From: Plasmodiophora brassicae
Lineage: Eukaryota
Reading direction: 5' to 3'
Assembly: GCA_036867785.1 (NCBI GenBank)
Contig: CP145411.1
Span: 1,550,001-1,614,000 of the forward strand
Length of the DNA: 64,000 bases
Made by a program: the position numbers and the translations under genes. Shown here in pieces: positions 23,795 to 37,100 of the stretch; the first letter of the stretch is position 1; each line of letters begins with the position of its first letter. The notes beneath the pieces were generated by a model, which was not told the DNA's origin, did no database searches, and saw only the letters and a list, made by a program, of their open reading frames with translations.

Positions 23795-24544
23795 TTATGC
23801 CGCTCCGAATTCGATGGCTTCGCCTTGCGCCTGCGATGCTGCCGCCCGCCTCGCGGCCAACCTCGCGTCGATCCGTTGCATCTCGGCAATGATCGCGGGC
23901 CGTAATCGCTCCAGGGGGCCGAGGATGCGCCGCTCGATCGTGCGGATGTCGTGGTGCTTGATGAGGCTGGCGAACAGCGGGCCTCCTCGCGACGTATCAC
24001 GCGCGAGGAACCGCAACACGGTCGCCATCTTTGTCGGCATCGCTGTGCACAGTGACCGGACGTTTCCGATGCCGAACGCGTCGAGGCGCATCAGCAGGAT
24101 GTAGATGATGACGCCGTCAATGTCGCGGTCGCACTGTCGCAACCCGGTAATCTCGTCCAGCATCGCGTTGATCATTCGCGACTCCTTCTCGATCGCCGCC
24201 GTCATCTCCAGGACGAACGCTTGGTCCTTGGCCGATAACGACGGGTACATGGTTGGCAGATTATCGGCTAGCTGTTTCGGCGGGGGCAAACGCGTTCGGA
24301 ACGCGAACTGGGACCCGTAGAACGTGCTCGCTGTTCGTAACAATTTCATCAAGGGCCGTGCCGGAAGGTTCGGGTCGATCGACAGCGGCAACGGCTCGCA
24401 GCTGGTCGACGATGCCGACGAGGCTGATTCACCGCCCCATGACGGTTTGACTCGGTGGACGCGCTTAGGGGTCTCACGACACGCTGACGACATGTGCGAG
24501 ATTTCGTGCGGGATCCACGGGCGATCGTCGATATCTTCATGCAA
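23795..24544 (-). CDS. Hypothetical protein resembling the CFAP99 N-terminal domain
   Basis: Single ORF of 249 aa; DQAFVLEM, IIYILLMRLDAFG...KMATVLRFL and DIRTIERRILGPL recall the CFAP99 N-domain. Confidence 0.45.
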   Translation of the reverse strand: MHEDIDDRPWIPHEISHMSSACRETPKRVHRVKPSWGGESASSASSTSCEPLPLSIDPNLPARPLMKLLRTASTFYGSQFAFRTRLPPPKQLADNLPTMYPSLSAKDQAFVLEMTAAIEKESRMINAMLDEITGLRQCDRDIDGVIIYILLMRLDAFGIGNVRSLCTAMPTKMATVLRFLARDTSRGGPLFASLIKHHDIRTIERRILGPLERLRPAIIAEMQRIDARLAARRAAASQAQGEAIEFGAA

Positions 24545-24584
24545 GCGGTGGCGACTTGCTGTGTATTGAGAGGTCGGTTTCCAT

Positions 24585-25211
24585 CTACGACTCCTGGACG
24601 ACCTCGCATCGATGAGCCTGCGGGAATCGACTGGAGTGCCCTTTGTGAGCGGCGATGAAGGCAGGGCTGTATCCGACCAGACGCGCCACTTCGTCGACAG
24701 ACTTGCCGCGATACTGTGGCGCGTTCAGGAACGGGCAACCTGGCATGAAGCCCAGCGCCTGTAGCTGTCGTTCACTCATCCGCGACAACGGGACCCGTCC
24801 CCATTCCTCGATCGTCAGCTCCCTGCCAAGAAGGTGGGCGATCTCGCGCAGCTCGGGATCAGTATAAACGTCGACTTGCATGCGCTCCTGGTCGGTAATC
24901 CTGGTCTGCTCCTGCCTTGGCGTCGATCGAGCCGGCTGCGGCGTGTTGTTGACGGTCGGTTTTCGGTAGCGCCACAAGTCCCACTGCATTCGCAGGAACA
25001 TCGACGCCATAACGATGGGAAGGATCAAGTACAGCCAGCTAGGGTTGAACGGGAACCACTTCGGTGGGCCGTATTTCAGCTCTCGCATCCCGCCAGGCCC
25101 CACATTGTCGCGACCCATGTTGAACAGCAGGCCGTCATCAGGGTTGTCGGCGTTGGCGGTTGCGCATGCGTCGAAGACGACCATGGCCATTGCGATGCAT
25201 ACAGACAGCAT
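24585..25211 (-). CDS. Type I membrane protein of unknown function
   Basis: Signal-like MLSVCIAMAMVVFDACATA and a single TM segment WLYLILPIVMASMFL. Confidence 0.6.
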   Translation of the reverse strand: MLSVCIAMAMVVFDACATANADNPDDGLLFNMGRDNVGPGGMRELKYGPPKWFPFNPSWLYLILPIVMASMFLRMQWDLWRYRKPTVNNTPQPARSTPRQEQTRITDQERMQVDVYTDPELREIAHLLGRELTIEEWGRVPLSRMSERQLQALGFMPGCPFLNAPQYRGKSVDEVARLVGYSPAFIAAHKGHSSRFPQAHRCEVVQES

Positions 25212-25468
25212 GCTATGACGACCTGACGGCACTCGCCGGCGCGTTGATAACAGAACCTTGGCCAGGGCTTTGCACCTTCGCACGACTATTGCTATGCTGC
25301 GACACCGACTGCCTTCTGTAACGGTATGCCATGCAGCATCGCAAGCGTACTGCTCGTCTGCTCACGAACAAGGGCGCGGCGCGCTTCACATTGCAAGGTG
25401 GATTGAAGCATAAAGAACCTGGACAATCAAATTGTAATGATACACTGCAACGGAGAACGGCGGTACAC

Positions 25469-28400
25469 TTATTTCTTGCGCTGTCTCATCGCGAGCTCCT
25501 CCATCATGCTCATGGGCTTTCGAGCAGGAGGTGGCTTGGGTGCAGATGCCGCCTCGCTTGCAGGCACGGACGTCTTCGACAGCTTCTTTCCTGCACGGAT
25601 GGCCGCCATCAACTCAGACCGAGCGTCGTCACCTGCAAAGAGCGATTCAGGTGCTGAGTCACAATTACAGACACGTCGACGAACCTGAGGCATTCGACAA
25701 GGGCGGTGGAGCAGACGCGTTCGATGGTGGTGGTGGAGGCGGAGGCGCTCCGCCCAAAGCCGGCGGAGGAGGCGGGGGCGGAGGCGCCCCGCCCAAAGCA
25801 GGCGGAGGAGGCGGAGGCGGAGGCGCTCCGCCGCCCAAAGGTGGAGGAGGTGGAGGAGGTGGTGGCGGTGCTGACGCTAAGGGAGGCGGAGGAGGATGCC
25901 GAGCAACTCCACCCAACGGAGGAGGTGGCGGTGGCATCCCTCCCGCCAATGGTGGCGGTGGAGGTGGAACGGCACTGGCTATTGGTGGGGGTGGCGGAGC
26001 AGGACCAGAACGAGCAAGGGGAGGGGGTGGTGGCGGAAGCCCTGAGCCAATCACTGGTGGTCGCGGCAGTCCAGTTGCAGGTGGAGGAGGAGGAGGAACA
26101 CCTCGAGTTATCGGAGGTGGAGGGTTTCGCACCTGAGTCGGTGAAGGCGGCGGTGGCGCTCCAGTAACAGGAGGGGGAGGCGGAGGCGGGTGACGACCAG
26201 CGATGGGAGGCCTTGATGGAGGGGGCATTCTACCAGCTAATGGAGCCGGAGGTGGGGGACCACCTGGTGGGGCGTTACTACCCGCCGACAAATCAACAGA
26301 TGATGGAAGCGGAGGAGGAGGAGGCGGCGGTGGCACAGCAGTCGGTAATGAAGGAGGCCCAGCGACGACCTGGGGCGGTGGCGGTGGTGGAGGCGGTGCC
26401 GTGGATTGGGCGTTCGGTGGAGGTGGCCGTACTGGTTGACGCAATGCTGGTTGCGGAGCGACAGGCGGAGGAATAGGAGCAGGTGGAGCAGGGGGTGCAA
26501 CGAACCCTGACGGCATGGAGCCGATCTGGGAGGCAGCGATCGACTGCTTTTGAGGTGGCATAGCACCAGGAGGTGCAACCGTCACATTGCTACTGACCCT
26601 GCGAGCTGGATACACACATTTAGAAATGAGATGATATGCAAGACCGTCCCGAATGGCTTACAAGCAGTATCACTGGCGTTTACAGACACGTCTTGATCCG
26701 GGCGGAGCATCACAACAGGGCGCTGATTAGGGCTCTCGATATGGGCTTCGCAGATCGAGAAGATGTAGCTGTTGAGCAGCTTGATGCTAGAGCCTTCCTC
26801 AAGTATCCGTTTCACAAACGGGAATAACTGATTCAAGATGGTTAGACCAATACCAAACGGTAGCTGTCGGGCGTAACGAACGAACCTCTTGTTCAGGCGT
26901 CAGCTTGGATTTCTTGGTCTTCTTGACGTCGACGAACAAGTTCGTCGGAGCGATCATCTGCATGCGAAGAATGTAGTAGACGAAGTCTAGCGCTTCGAAT
27001 CGCGAACGGAATCCGCAGATATGAAGAAGGGTGACACCAGCCCATGAAAACCCATCACCAAACGTTTGCTTGTCCGACAGCTTCGTGCCCTCAATCTGCT
27101 CAGGTGTTGGCGTGAGGAATATGAACTGCATGGCCGACCAGAGCCGGCACAAGTCTCGAGGCGTCTCCAGATCCAGAACTCCATTGGTAGCAGGCTTACC
27201 GAGCCACTCCCCCAGGGCTTTCGATTTTTGAATGCTGGCGTACAGCCGGTCAAGGCAGACCGTCAGTAGGGGAGTCTCCACTCTGGAGCTGAATCCCCCC
27301 AGCAGTGCACAAGTCTGAGGCATGTATCAAACAGGGACACATCTTACATATGCCACTGAGCTGACCTGCTGCGCGCATGTTCTTAAATTCGCTGGCAGGG
27401 ACATGTCGCGTGACAGTTTGTCGAAGATGGGGATTACCGATGCTTCCGCTACCTGGACGAGCTTACCATTGGCATCAGCAGAGATTCCCATGAACTGGGA
27501 AGCGATGTTGAAATCCCAGAGGTTGCTTTCGCACAGGGCGAGAGACAACTGGTGAATGAAAGCCAGAGAATTGCCCTACGATCCGGTTGGTTAACGTGCA
27601 TGCAACTGCCATAGTGCACAGCGGAACATACAATTTCCCTCAAGATCTGAAACAGTTGGGACCGTAGGTTATCGTACGCGGCCAGAGGCTTGAGCTTCAG
27701 GTCAAAGTAACCGTACCCGCCGATGACACCATACTTGAGCGATGGAAGTTTGATAGGATCCATCGAATCCATCAACACCTTCGCGTACGATGCAAAGACG
27801 TAGTTCACCTGGGGAACAAGTCAACCGCCATCCCATTCATTCAGTGGCCATTCGGACCTTATCCTCCATTGAAGAGCACAACTGGTCGAAAAGCGTCGTA
27901 AGGTCCTCCACATCAATCAAATTGAGAACGGCCTGAATGTGCTCATTGCCAAAGTACTCGCGCGACACTTTGAGAGCATCGGTGAACGCTTTGTTGAATC
28001 GGGCCGTATACCAGAACTGCGACATAAACGGCGGCATCGAATCACGAGGAGGCGGTTCAACGAAAGACACAGGGCCGCGGTTGAACAATTGCATCGGCGT
28101 ATCGAAACAGAAGTTTGGAAAGACATCAGCGACAAGTTCGGAAAACACGTGAACAACGATGCGGCCACGGAAAGGCGCAAATCGTGTGTTCTCGTTGACC
28201 TCACTGAATATCGTCTCGTACGGGTCCAGTGTCAGGTGCTCCGCAAGCAGCCGATGCGCCAGTTCCGTCTGCTCGAGTATAGACTTGAGCTCGACAATGG
28301 ACGTCAAATCGCTGCTTTCAAAACGCGCAATGGCCATATCCACGTTCTGCCTACGACGTGTTACGTGTAAGATGATGGAGAGTAGATTCAACTTTGCAAC

Positions 28401-31400
28401 ATTGCCAACAACCTGAAATAGCCATTGATGTGCTGTGCTAGCAGCCGCCGTAGATCAACTGAACGACCAAGAAGACGGACGTCGCGTTGTTCAAGAAGCG
28501 CGATATACCTTGGGAAGATGATTAGATTTGAGACGCAAAAGCAAACGTTGCGGTGAAGTACCCCGAAGCGGTTGGGTCATATTTACGCCAGCACCTCGTT
28601 CGTTGTTCAAGCACCTGTTTTTGGTCATGGTCAAGAAGGATCGCAGACGCAATGCCTTTGAAACATGTGAACACATTCATCGCGAGAGTGTAAACCTGCA
28701 TCGTTATTAGTTACTGCCTTGCCCCACATCGGAATAAACGACTGACAAGAGTGTTGAACGCCAGATTCAGCTCAGCTTCTATTTCGCGAAACAGGAACTG
28801 CTGTTTCATTTGAGTGAGTGCCCGAGAAGCAGCATCATTGTAAATGTCCACGCAGAAGAACAGGTTGTCGGATATGGCAGGCACAGAAATAACGTGCTCG
28901 GCCAGCAAGAACGGAAGCGACATGGAGATCGGAAATTGGACGCACTGTTTCAGCACACAATTCCATGAGTTCAGTGCGCATACACTGAAGAAATCCTATC
29001 AGACCTTCGTGATCTCCAGATAGAACTCCCTAAACCACAAGTCGCTCATATCGGTACAAGCATCAAGCGTTGCTTTGAAGTCCAGGACGTATGAGTAGAA
29101 GAACGTCCTTTCATAGAAGCGCTCAAAGTCTGGGAGCTGGTCTTTCTGGATGTCTTTCTCGGTGAACATGCCCCCCTGCATCCCTTTCGACTTTTCAGAG
29201 AAAACCTGAAGAGATAGACGCCTAGCAACGGTTTAGATTATACGGGGGGCGTGAATAGGACAATCCCACCTGATGAGGAAGAGTTGGGTAGTCGAAGGCT
29301 GAACGCAGCGCTTGGGAAAATCGTGGGATGCGTTCTTCATGTTCTTCGAGCGGGTCTTGTAATCGAGGGATTGTGTGGCGTCTGGAGCCCAGTCGGCACC
29401 AATAGACCGCATAAGGCACATAGCTTGGCGCACTTCGTCACGTCCTGGGGGCGCATTCAGAGAACACAAGCAACGACCAGGGCGTTTCTCACTAACCTCG
29501 TTTGTAGGCTTTGCGAAGAGGCCTAGATAGCGTTGTCTGGAGGTATTCCTGCAATTCATCATGCATTGCGCGCCTGATTACAGGCCCGACGTATGTCTCG
29601 GAATCGCGAAGCATGAGACCGACCCCTGAAAAAGGTGAGCTCACCGCAGCAACCTATGCGAAGCAGCGACACCTTTGAGCATGCTAAGAACATCGCTAAG
29701 GACCGTCAGCTCCGCTTTGGAATAGTTGTATCTGTCAACGCATTCGAAGTTGAACCCGTTCCCTTCGGCACCTCCGAGGCCCTGAGACCAAGAAATCGAA
29801 GATGTCAGTAAATATAACAGCACGTTCATGAAGAACGCCCTCACCGGAATTGTCTTAGGATCAACTGGGTTTGCCCGTTTGAACGCGGATTGTTCTTTGA
29901 TCGCAGCATGCCATTTCGACATTAATCGAAACCCGTCAACAACGCGGTCGAAGACTTCACGCCCTGTCGCACGGTCCATTGGCGAGTCATCGTGGCCTTG
30001 CGCCCGGGCTTTGACTGAGTTCAGAACCTGGTCCGAACAAGCGTTAGGCACCGAACCCAAATAAAATGACAACGATTGTTACCTGCAGGAACGTGTTGGT
30101 GAATAAATTGTACTCAGCCTGAATCGACTGCCTTTGGTTGATGAGCAGGAAGTGTCCCATATCACCGCCGATCCACTGGCTTTCCATTTTCGCTTCATCG
30201 TAATTGCAGCATCGCCGCAACACGAACTTGATGTTGAGGTGCTACACGATACGCCTCAGACGAATGCGGGGAATCGGACAGAGCGAAACAAGAGTACCAT
30301 ATCACCAAACAGGGGAAGGTATTGATATCCGCGGAAGACCTGTCTGATCGCTTCTATCTGGAAGCGTTTCGCCTTGAAAGCGTTTGCCGTATTTTTCGTT
30401 TCTCCGTCAAACAGAAACACGGTATTGATCAGCACGCGTAACAGCATATGCTTCTCGTCCGCTAGCATATACATCTTCTTGTTCAGCGCAGCGAGCGCAT
30501 CGTCGGCGATCAGAATAAGGACCTCCTGATAGCCAGAGATCTTTTGAATCTCCGTTCTCAGGTGAGTGATGATGAGGTCATTGGGATGCTGCGGGTTGCC
30601 CAAGAACATTTGCAGATTGTGAATGTCATCGGCAATGGAATCAGAATCTGGGATTTCCGCCCTGATATTGGAGAACGACCGCTGCAGAAACAAACGTCAG
30701 AGGGTGTCGACATAGCGAAGGGGTACACGTATTTACCTTATATCGCGCGAAATCATTCTGGAAACAGGCCTTCATGTCCTTCAGGGAATCCAGTATCGCT
30801 AGCCTGTCGATCACTTTCTGAAGCATGCGGATGTGCTCGTCGCTGCACACCTCGTTCTTGGACGCGGGTTGCACCTGTCCCAAATCAGCGGCCAGCCGCG
30901 GCAAGAACAGGTGCCGCTCCGTACCATTTGCCTGTAGGTGCGAATGAAGACAGCGATCGCCCTCTCGTGAAAGGCCGAAAATTCGTGCAGTTTGGCAATT
31001 TCGGGACGCAGAACCGCGAACGTTCTAGAGCGAAACGTCAGACTTGCTGCCGCGCTGACTCCAGTGGACGTCCTGCCATACCGATGATGGATGTCTTTGC
31101 GTGCTTCGTCATCTACTTCATTCTTCATCATCGGCAGCGCTTTTGAGCAACTCCTGTTAAATTCCGAGCACGGTCAGCAGAGCATGCCAAACGGTTAGAC
31201 AGTAAGGCCGAACCGGTAGGAGTAGATCATTGAAATGAACCGGTTGCTCTCCTCGAAAACCTCATCCAGCGCTGTTAGGTTCTCGACCTCCTGCGTGGGA
31301 CGTCCTGTCAGAACGCACGCGAAGGCAAGCCGACAAGGAGGGTGACCTCTGTGAACGGCGTTTCATACGCTCGGATATCGAGGTACGTCTTCGACGGCGG

Positions 31401-31592
31401 CACTAACACGACCTGGTCAGATCGGACCAATACGAGACATCCGCATGGTCAACGCATACCGATGGGATCGACCGCAATCGATATGGACGCGGTCTCGATG
31501 TTGGCTCCCGACGCGAAGACCGGGATGTCATCCAGCGCGCGGACCTTCTCCAGCAGGACGTGGTCGTCGGCGGGCGCGGCCATGGACGCCAT
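25469..31592 (-). CDS. CYFIP: CYFIP/Sra1/PIR121 homolog with a C-terminal polyproline-WH2 extension
   Basis: CYFIP motifs [77 protein letters not shown] and FGDGFSWAG. In-frame splices (26606..26661, 25633..25684) lead into the Pro-rich exon and the WH2 exon. Confidence 0.9.
25725..25870 (-). repeat. Coding minisatellite, about 36-bp units encoding PPPPPPP(A/P)LGGA
   Basis: Three near-identical ggaggcggaggcgc(t/c)ccgcccaaag units within the polyproline exon. Confidence 0.8.
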
Positions 31593-31884
31593 GGCGATCG
31601 TTCGCGCTGCCGTCAGCCGATCCGGCGGCCTCGTCTCCAATCGACAGCCGCGACGGCTCGAAATGACCCGGACGGGCGACGACAGGGAATTTTTAGCATT
31701 CCTTTTCTTGGGACGGACCGACGACGCCAGTCGGCTCAAAAATAGAACCGTGGCGATGGCGGCCACCCACACTCGGCACCTGCCGATGCATGGCGCGCAG
31801 CGAAATTGGCAGACAGTTGCGCAGCCCTGCCTCTCGGGAGCGTTCGCTTGTCGCGCATACGGTTGGGGAATGTGAAGAAGGGAT

Positions 31885-32504
31885 TGTAGTGAATGATGCT
31901 GGGCGTAACCTTGCCGGGAACAGTACTGTTGACCTACCTCGCGTCTTTGTTCAGGTACGTCAATGAACAGCCCAGTGGAATTTGGGTAAATCCCACTGTT
32001 CACGAACGCGCCTCCAACAAATAGGGCAGCGGCACTAAAGCGCTGCAAGACGCCCAATGGGAACACCATCATCCCATGACAGGCGTCATGCTGAACGAAA
32101 CCGGAACGATACCGATGATGCTGTAATTACTGCCGTCATACATACCCAGTGGTCCGGCCGCTTCCGAGCTGGTGCATTTATATCCTGCTATGGGAGAAAC
32201 TGAGTGACCGGTGCAAGCTTGCACATGAAAGTGTTTGATCTGTCATCCTGTTCGACAGAAGAATGACGTTGGGCCTAACGTTTAGCACACCACCATGGGT
32301 TCTTCTCGGACCAGGGCATTGGTACCGAGTACTGTAGGAGAACGCTAACCGATGAGCTTACGCTGAACAGTGCCGCACCGCAAATGACATTTCAGCACGA
32401 ACATGGCCTGGCGCTTCCCAGACGTTCAAACTGTTGAACAGGGCGAGACGCACCACCACCGCTGCTACAGACATGACGGAGACTACCCGACCAACAACCT
32501 CCAT
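31885..32504 (-). pseudogene. Degenerate inverted copy of the adjacent 7TM gene (32758..33725)
   Basis: Shares an exact 22-mer ttctcctacagtactcggtacc; SIIGIVPVSFSMTPV vs GIIGIIPVAFGIMPV; frameshifted and truncated. Confidence 0.8.
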
Positions 32505-32757
32505 GTTCAAGCAGTGCCATGGCAGCATAATCCAATTGAACTATCATAACGATCAGCTCGTCTCCGAGCAACGTGTTATGACCGACGAAAGGCGATGTCC
32601 AGACTTCTTTGAATTTTGTAATATCGGAGGGAGAATAGCGGGACAGCTGTGGAAACCTCACGAGTGAGACCTTCTATGGTGGCTTGTCGATCATCGGATT
32701 AGATCGCCTTCCGCGCTGTAACGACCGTACTCGTCATACCTAACGGATAACCACGTA

Positions 32758-33725
32758 ATGGAATTCGAGTTCGTCGTTCAAATCGCCTCAGCTGTGTCCG
32801 CACCACTGGTGTCGGTACAATTCGCCCTGCTTGTTTGCGTTTCTGTCACAGTCTGGAGAACGGGCCTGCGCCAGGCCACCGGCGTGCTCAGGTGCCAGTT
32901 CGGGGCGTCGCTGTTTGCCACAATCTCCTCTACGAGCATTCTCCTACAGTACTCGGTACCTTGGACGCCCGATATGAACCCGCTATGGTGTGAACTGAAC
33001 AGCAGGGCCACACCATTTTTCTGTACGAACTCCAGTGGCACGGCCAACGACATCGTGTCTGATACGTTCTGCTCGCAGATGCATGGGAGTTCACGTTCGT
33101 GCTCCAATTCCTGCTTGAACGACTGAAGTGTGTCCAGCCGGACGCTGCCCAATCACTGGTCGTCAAGGTGTTGCAACTCGGCATTATCGGTATCATCCCT
33201 GTGGCATTCGGCATTATGCCCGTCATACGTGGGACGATGGTCTTCCCTGGTGCCGTGTGCATTGCGTCAGCGCCCACGTCAGTATTTGCTCTATTTGACA
33301 CGGCTTCAATCGCTGTCAGCGGAATCCTGATATCGAGGTTCCATTGGGCGGTCGTCGAAGTGTCCAGACGACGTCGTGAATTACAGCCAGTGACCAACAA
33401 TACCGGTTATTCGCCCGAATCGCTCTACAGGATGGCTACCAGGAACGCGGTGTCGTCCATTGTAGCGATGAGTTGCACGGTTACGACGTTCACCATCTAT
33501 CTGGTCGTCAACGTCGCCGTTGTGGATCGGCTGACCTCATGGGCCATCCTGGCGGAGCTGTGCGGCCTAATCGACATGCTCGTCAACGTGCTGGTACTGT
33601 TCATGTGTTCCATCAAATGGATGCCTGCTGAGTTCAGGAACTGTTTTGGGCAATATGTCCAGCGCAAGGGTACACCCAGTCAACAGGTTCAGGCAAATCG
33701 TAGAGTCGCGCCCAGTCTTCATTAA
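32758..33725 (+). CDS. Seven-transmembrane GPCR-like protein
   Basis: Two exons (intron 33022..33078), about 7 hydrophobic helices, FLLERLK after TM3, Cys in extracellular loops, IDMLVNVLVL in TM7. Confidence 0.7.
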
Positions 33726-34111
33726 AAGGTCTTCTCCCATAGACAATATTGAACACATTGAGACCCGCTCGCTCCAGGTGACCCTATCGTCACGTGACAT
33801 CCACTGCCGCACGCGGAGACAAGGACGAACACGCTTAGCGACGATGTACTACAGGCAATAGGGCCGAATGCACTCGCAATACTGGCGGAAGCCATGACGG
33901 CATTCAGAACAACGCGGTGGCCTCGTGGAGGAACAATCCGACACAGCGCCAAGGAACGAAATAATTTCCAGCCCGTTGAGAGGAACCCTTTCTGTAGGTC
34001 GTTGCCGTTGAGGTTTACTGCAAACTTGTACAGCAAAAACAGGCAGGGCGACACGGCGCAAAACGACGCGTCGCGGCAGTTCGTCGACCGCTGAATGAAA
34101 TTCATTTCGGA

Positions 34112-37100
34112 ATGACGACGCCGGTGGAGCAGATCGCATGGGCCGACCTGTGTGGCCTGTTCGAGCGGGTGGAGAGGGCGCAGGGGTCGCTCGACAAGCA
34201 GCACGCGTTCGAGGAGTGGTTCGGGGCGCACCCGGCCATGGGCACGGCCGACTGCTACCCGGTCATGCGCCTGGTCGTCCCCAAGTTCGACAAGGACCGC
34301 ACGTATGGCATCAACATCAAGAAGATCGCCGAGCTTTACATCAAGACAAACGTGTGGCCCGACAGCAAGGCTAGACGTCTGATCCATTTCTCCAACGCCA
34401 AGGTCGTCCATAAGAAGGAGGTAGCCCCGCCTTTCGGCTGCCTAAAAGCATGCTGAATAGATCCGTCACTGATTTTGTTGCAGACGGTTGGTAACTTTAC
34501 GAGCGTTCTTGGGCAACTGCTTCGCGAAGAAGGCCTGACGACACCATCGAAACGGACCCTTGGTGACACTAATGGGCTGCTGGATGCGTTGGCGCATTCG
34601 GAGAATCGCGCCGAACGTGAGAAGCTGTGGTACAGCATGCAGGTCGAGGTGCCGAGCGCTATCGAGCACAAGGTCAGATGGAGTGGGGTTGCTCGGAGCA
34701 CGCTATAACAGAACGCCCCCTAGTGGCTGATGCGAGTCGTCTTGAAGGACATGAAACTAGGTATTGGGGAGAACACTATACTACGCGTGTTCCACAAGGA
34801 CGCTGTAGAATGGTACAATATCACCAGCGACCTAAAGACGGGTATGCAGCGTTCAGCGTGTATGGATGGTTCGTCGTCGTGACATTCGATGCATAGTGTG
34901 CAGTAATGCCATTCATCCGGAAATTTCCGGGACCGGTAGCGGATCCACAGAGATTTCGCTATCGTTCGCCGTTCGTCCCATGCTCGCCGCTCGAGTGGAA
35001 TGGGCCGATATCGTTGGGGTAGTTCAAGACTCTCCTCCTGGGGACTGGTCTGTTGAACTTAAGTTTGACGGCGAACGATGCCTGGTCTATAAGAACGGTG
35101 CCGAATTTCGCATGTTTTCTCGGTAGCGGTCTCGTGCGGGCGTCTGTTTGCGTTCGCTGACCGGCATATCATGCAGGAATCAACTCGAGCTGTCTGTGAA
35201 ATATCCCGACTACTTGAGGTCAATGCTTCCCTATTTCAGAGATCGCATCGTAGCGAGATCGTGCATCATCGATGGTGAGCTGTTGGCATGGGACAACGAC
35301 CGAAACGGCTACATGCCTTTTGGCAGCAATCGTCCAGTTGCTTCGGGCTCCATCCCGAATGCCACCCTTTGCTACGTGGCGTTCGACATCATATTGCTTG
35401 ACGACAAGCCTCTTAATAGCTTGGTGAGTTACTGAGTAATACCTGCCGGTGTTTCGTGTCTCTGATCAACGCAGCCGTTAAGAAAGCGCCGGGCAATTCT
35501 GTCGGACGTGATTCCAAATCCGGTGTATAGCATCAGTTCCCAGCGACAACATCGCGTCGTAACTCGTTTGATGTTTCGCAGGCCCCATCGCCTGGAGGTA
35601 TCGTGGAATCGAGAAGTGCAGAAGCCAGACGATATCATGGCGGCACTCGACCTGGCTGTTGAGCAAAAGTGAGTTTGCTGGATCCGACATTATGAATCGT
35701 GGGTTGACGATAGTTCAGCAACGAGGGGCTCGTTTTGAAGAACCTGTCTACCACGTATGAGACGAACCTAAGGGACAAACGGTACTGGATGAAGGTCAAG
35801 GCGGACTACATTCTCGTAAGTGGTTTCTTAGTATTTGTTTGCTGTTCCAGTGAACGATGTTGCAGGGTGATTCTCTCTGCGATACAATGGATGCCGTGTT
35901 AGTCGGTACTGTCATGTGTGTTGGTTCCGCTGATGTGACGGTAATCATCATCATCGCTACAGGCGCATGGCATGGCAAGCGTCACGGTGGCGGTTTAGCG
36001 TCGTTTCTGTTTGCTATTGCCAACGAACGGAATCTGGATGCAGACGGGCATCCGAAGACGTTTTACACGTTGACCAAGGTTAGTGGAGCCGGTTTTCTTT
36101 GTCCCTGTCCATCGTTTCATTTCATGGAAAGGTAGGGTCGGGATACTCGCAAGACGATCTGGCGTTAATCATGGAACACATTGAACCTCACCTGGAGACG
36201 TTTAATCGCGATTCGGTTCCCAGTTGGCTTGAGGTTGGCATTGTATTGCGTTTGGGAGCGGCATTCTAACACCTTCGCGTTAGCAACCTTTGCCTAGTCG
36301 GTTTGAGAATCCCGAAGTTGTCATCGACCCGAAGAAGTCAATCGTAGTCGAAATCAAGGTTCACAGTGGCGCCTCGGGCATTGTCTCTTCAGCGATTGAC
36401 AGCACTGTAGGGATTTGAACTTCGACCTTCGAACCGGTTCTCCTGTGGTTACACTGTGCGGTTCCCGACCATCGTTCGATTACGTCTTGACAAAAACTGG
36501 TTCGACGTGCACACAATTGCAGACCTTCGCCAGGTCGGGGATTCAACGTGATGCTCGTGAACGATATCGTTGACGCCCGTGTACGTAGATGGTGTCAGGT
36601 CCTCAGGGCGGACGTCTGTTCCACAGTGTGCGCCTTCATGTAGGCGAGGACGGTCATGGCGTTCGCAAGAAGGCAAAGAGGGTAGAATGTGGAATACGGT
36701 GAACCTTTCCCCCCTTTTCGCTCAGCGCATCCGATGTTTAGTCCCATCCTGAACCGATACAAGTAATATCTTCTCTGCCTTCGAGTCAGCTCAACGTTAT
36801 AGAAGCCAAGTCGTCGCTGTAGGTCGACGTTCTGATCAGGCAGTTAATGTTCGTTTTACATCTTCGGCTAGGTTTGCTGGCCTAACGTTCCACGTCCGAA
36901 GTTGCACTTCTGAGATGACCACGCAAGACATGTTGAAGTTGTTGAAAGCGAACGGAGGTATGCACCTAATGCGCTTCGTGTATCTGAACTTCTCTCTGAC
37001 GAATTCGGTCAGGCAATATCCAAATGAATCTGACGCAGGATTCAGCCAGCCGGGTCACCTACGTCGTCGCTGGCGACAAGACCGTACAGGTTGCCAACTT

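Noticed and set aside
25531-26136. Gly-rich plus-strand ORF
   Set aside because: Antisense shadow of the polyproline codons
25665-26615. Polyproline ORF as an independent formin, extensin or WASP gene
   Set aside because: No FH2, WH1 or signal peptide; the ORF start is non-ATG inside an intron, and it splices in frame from CYFIP
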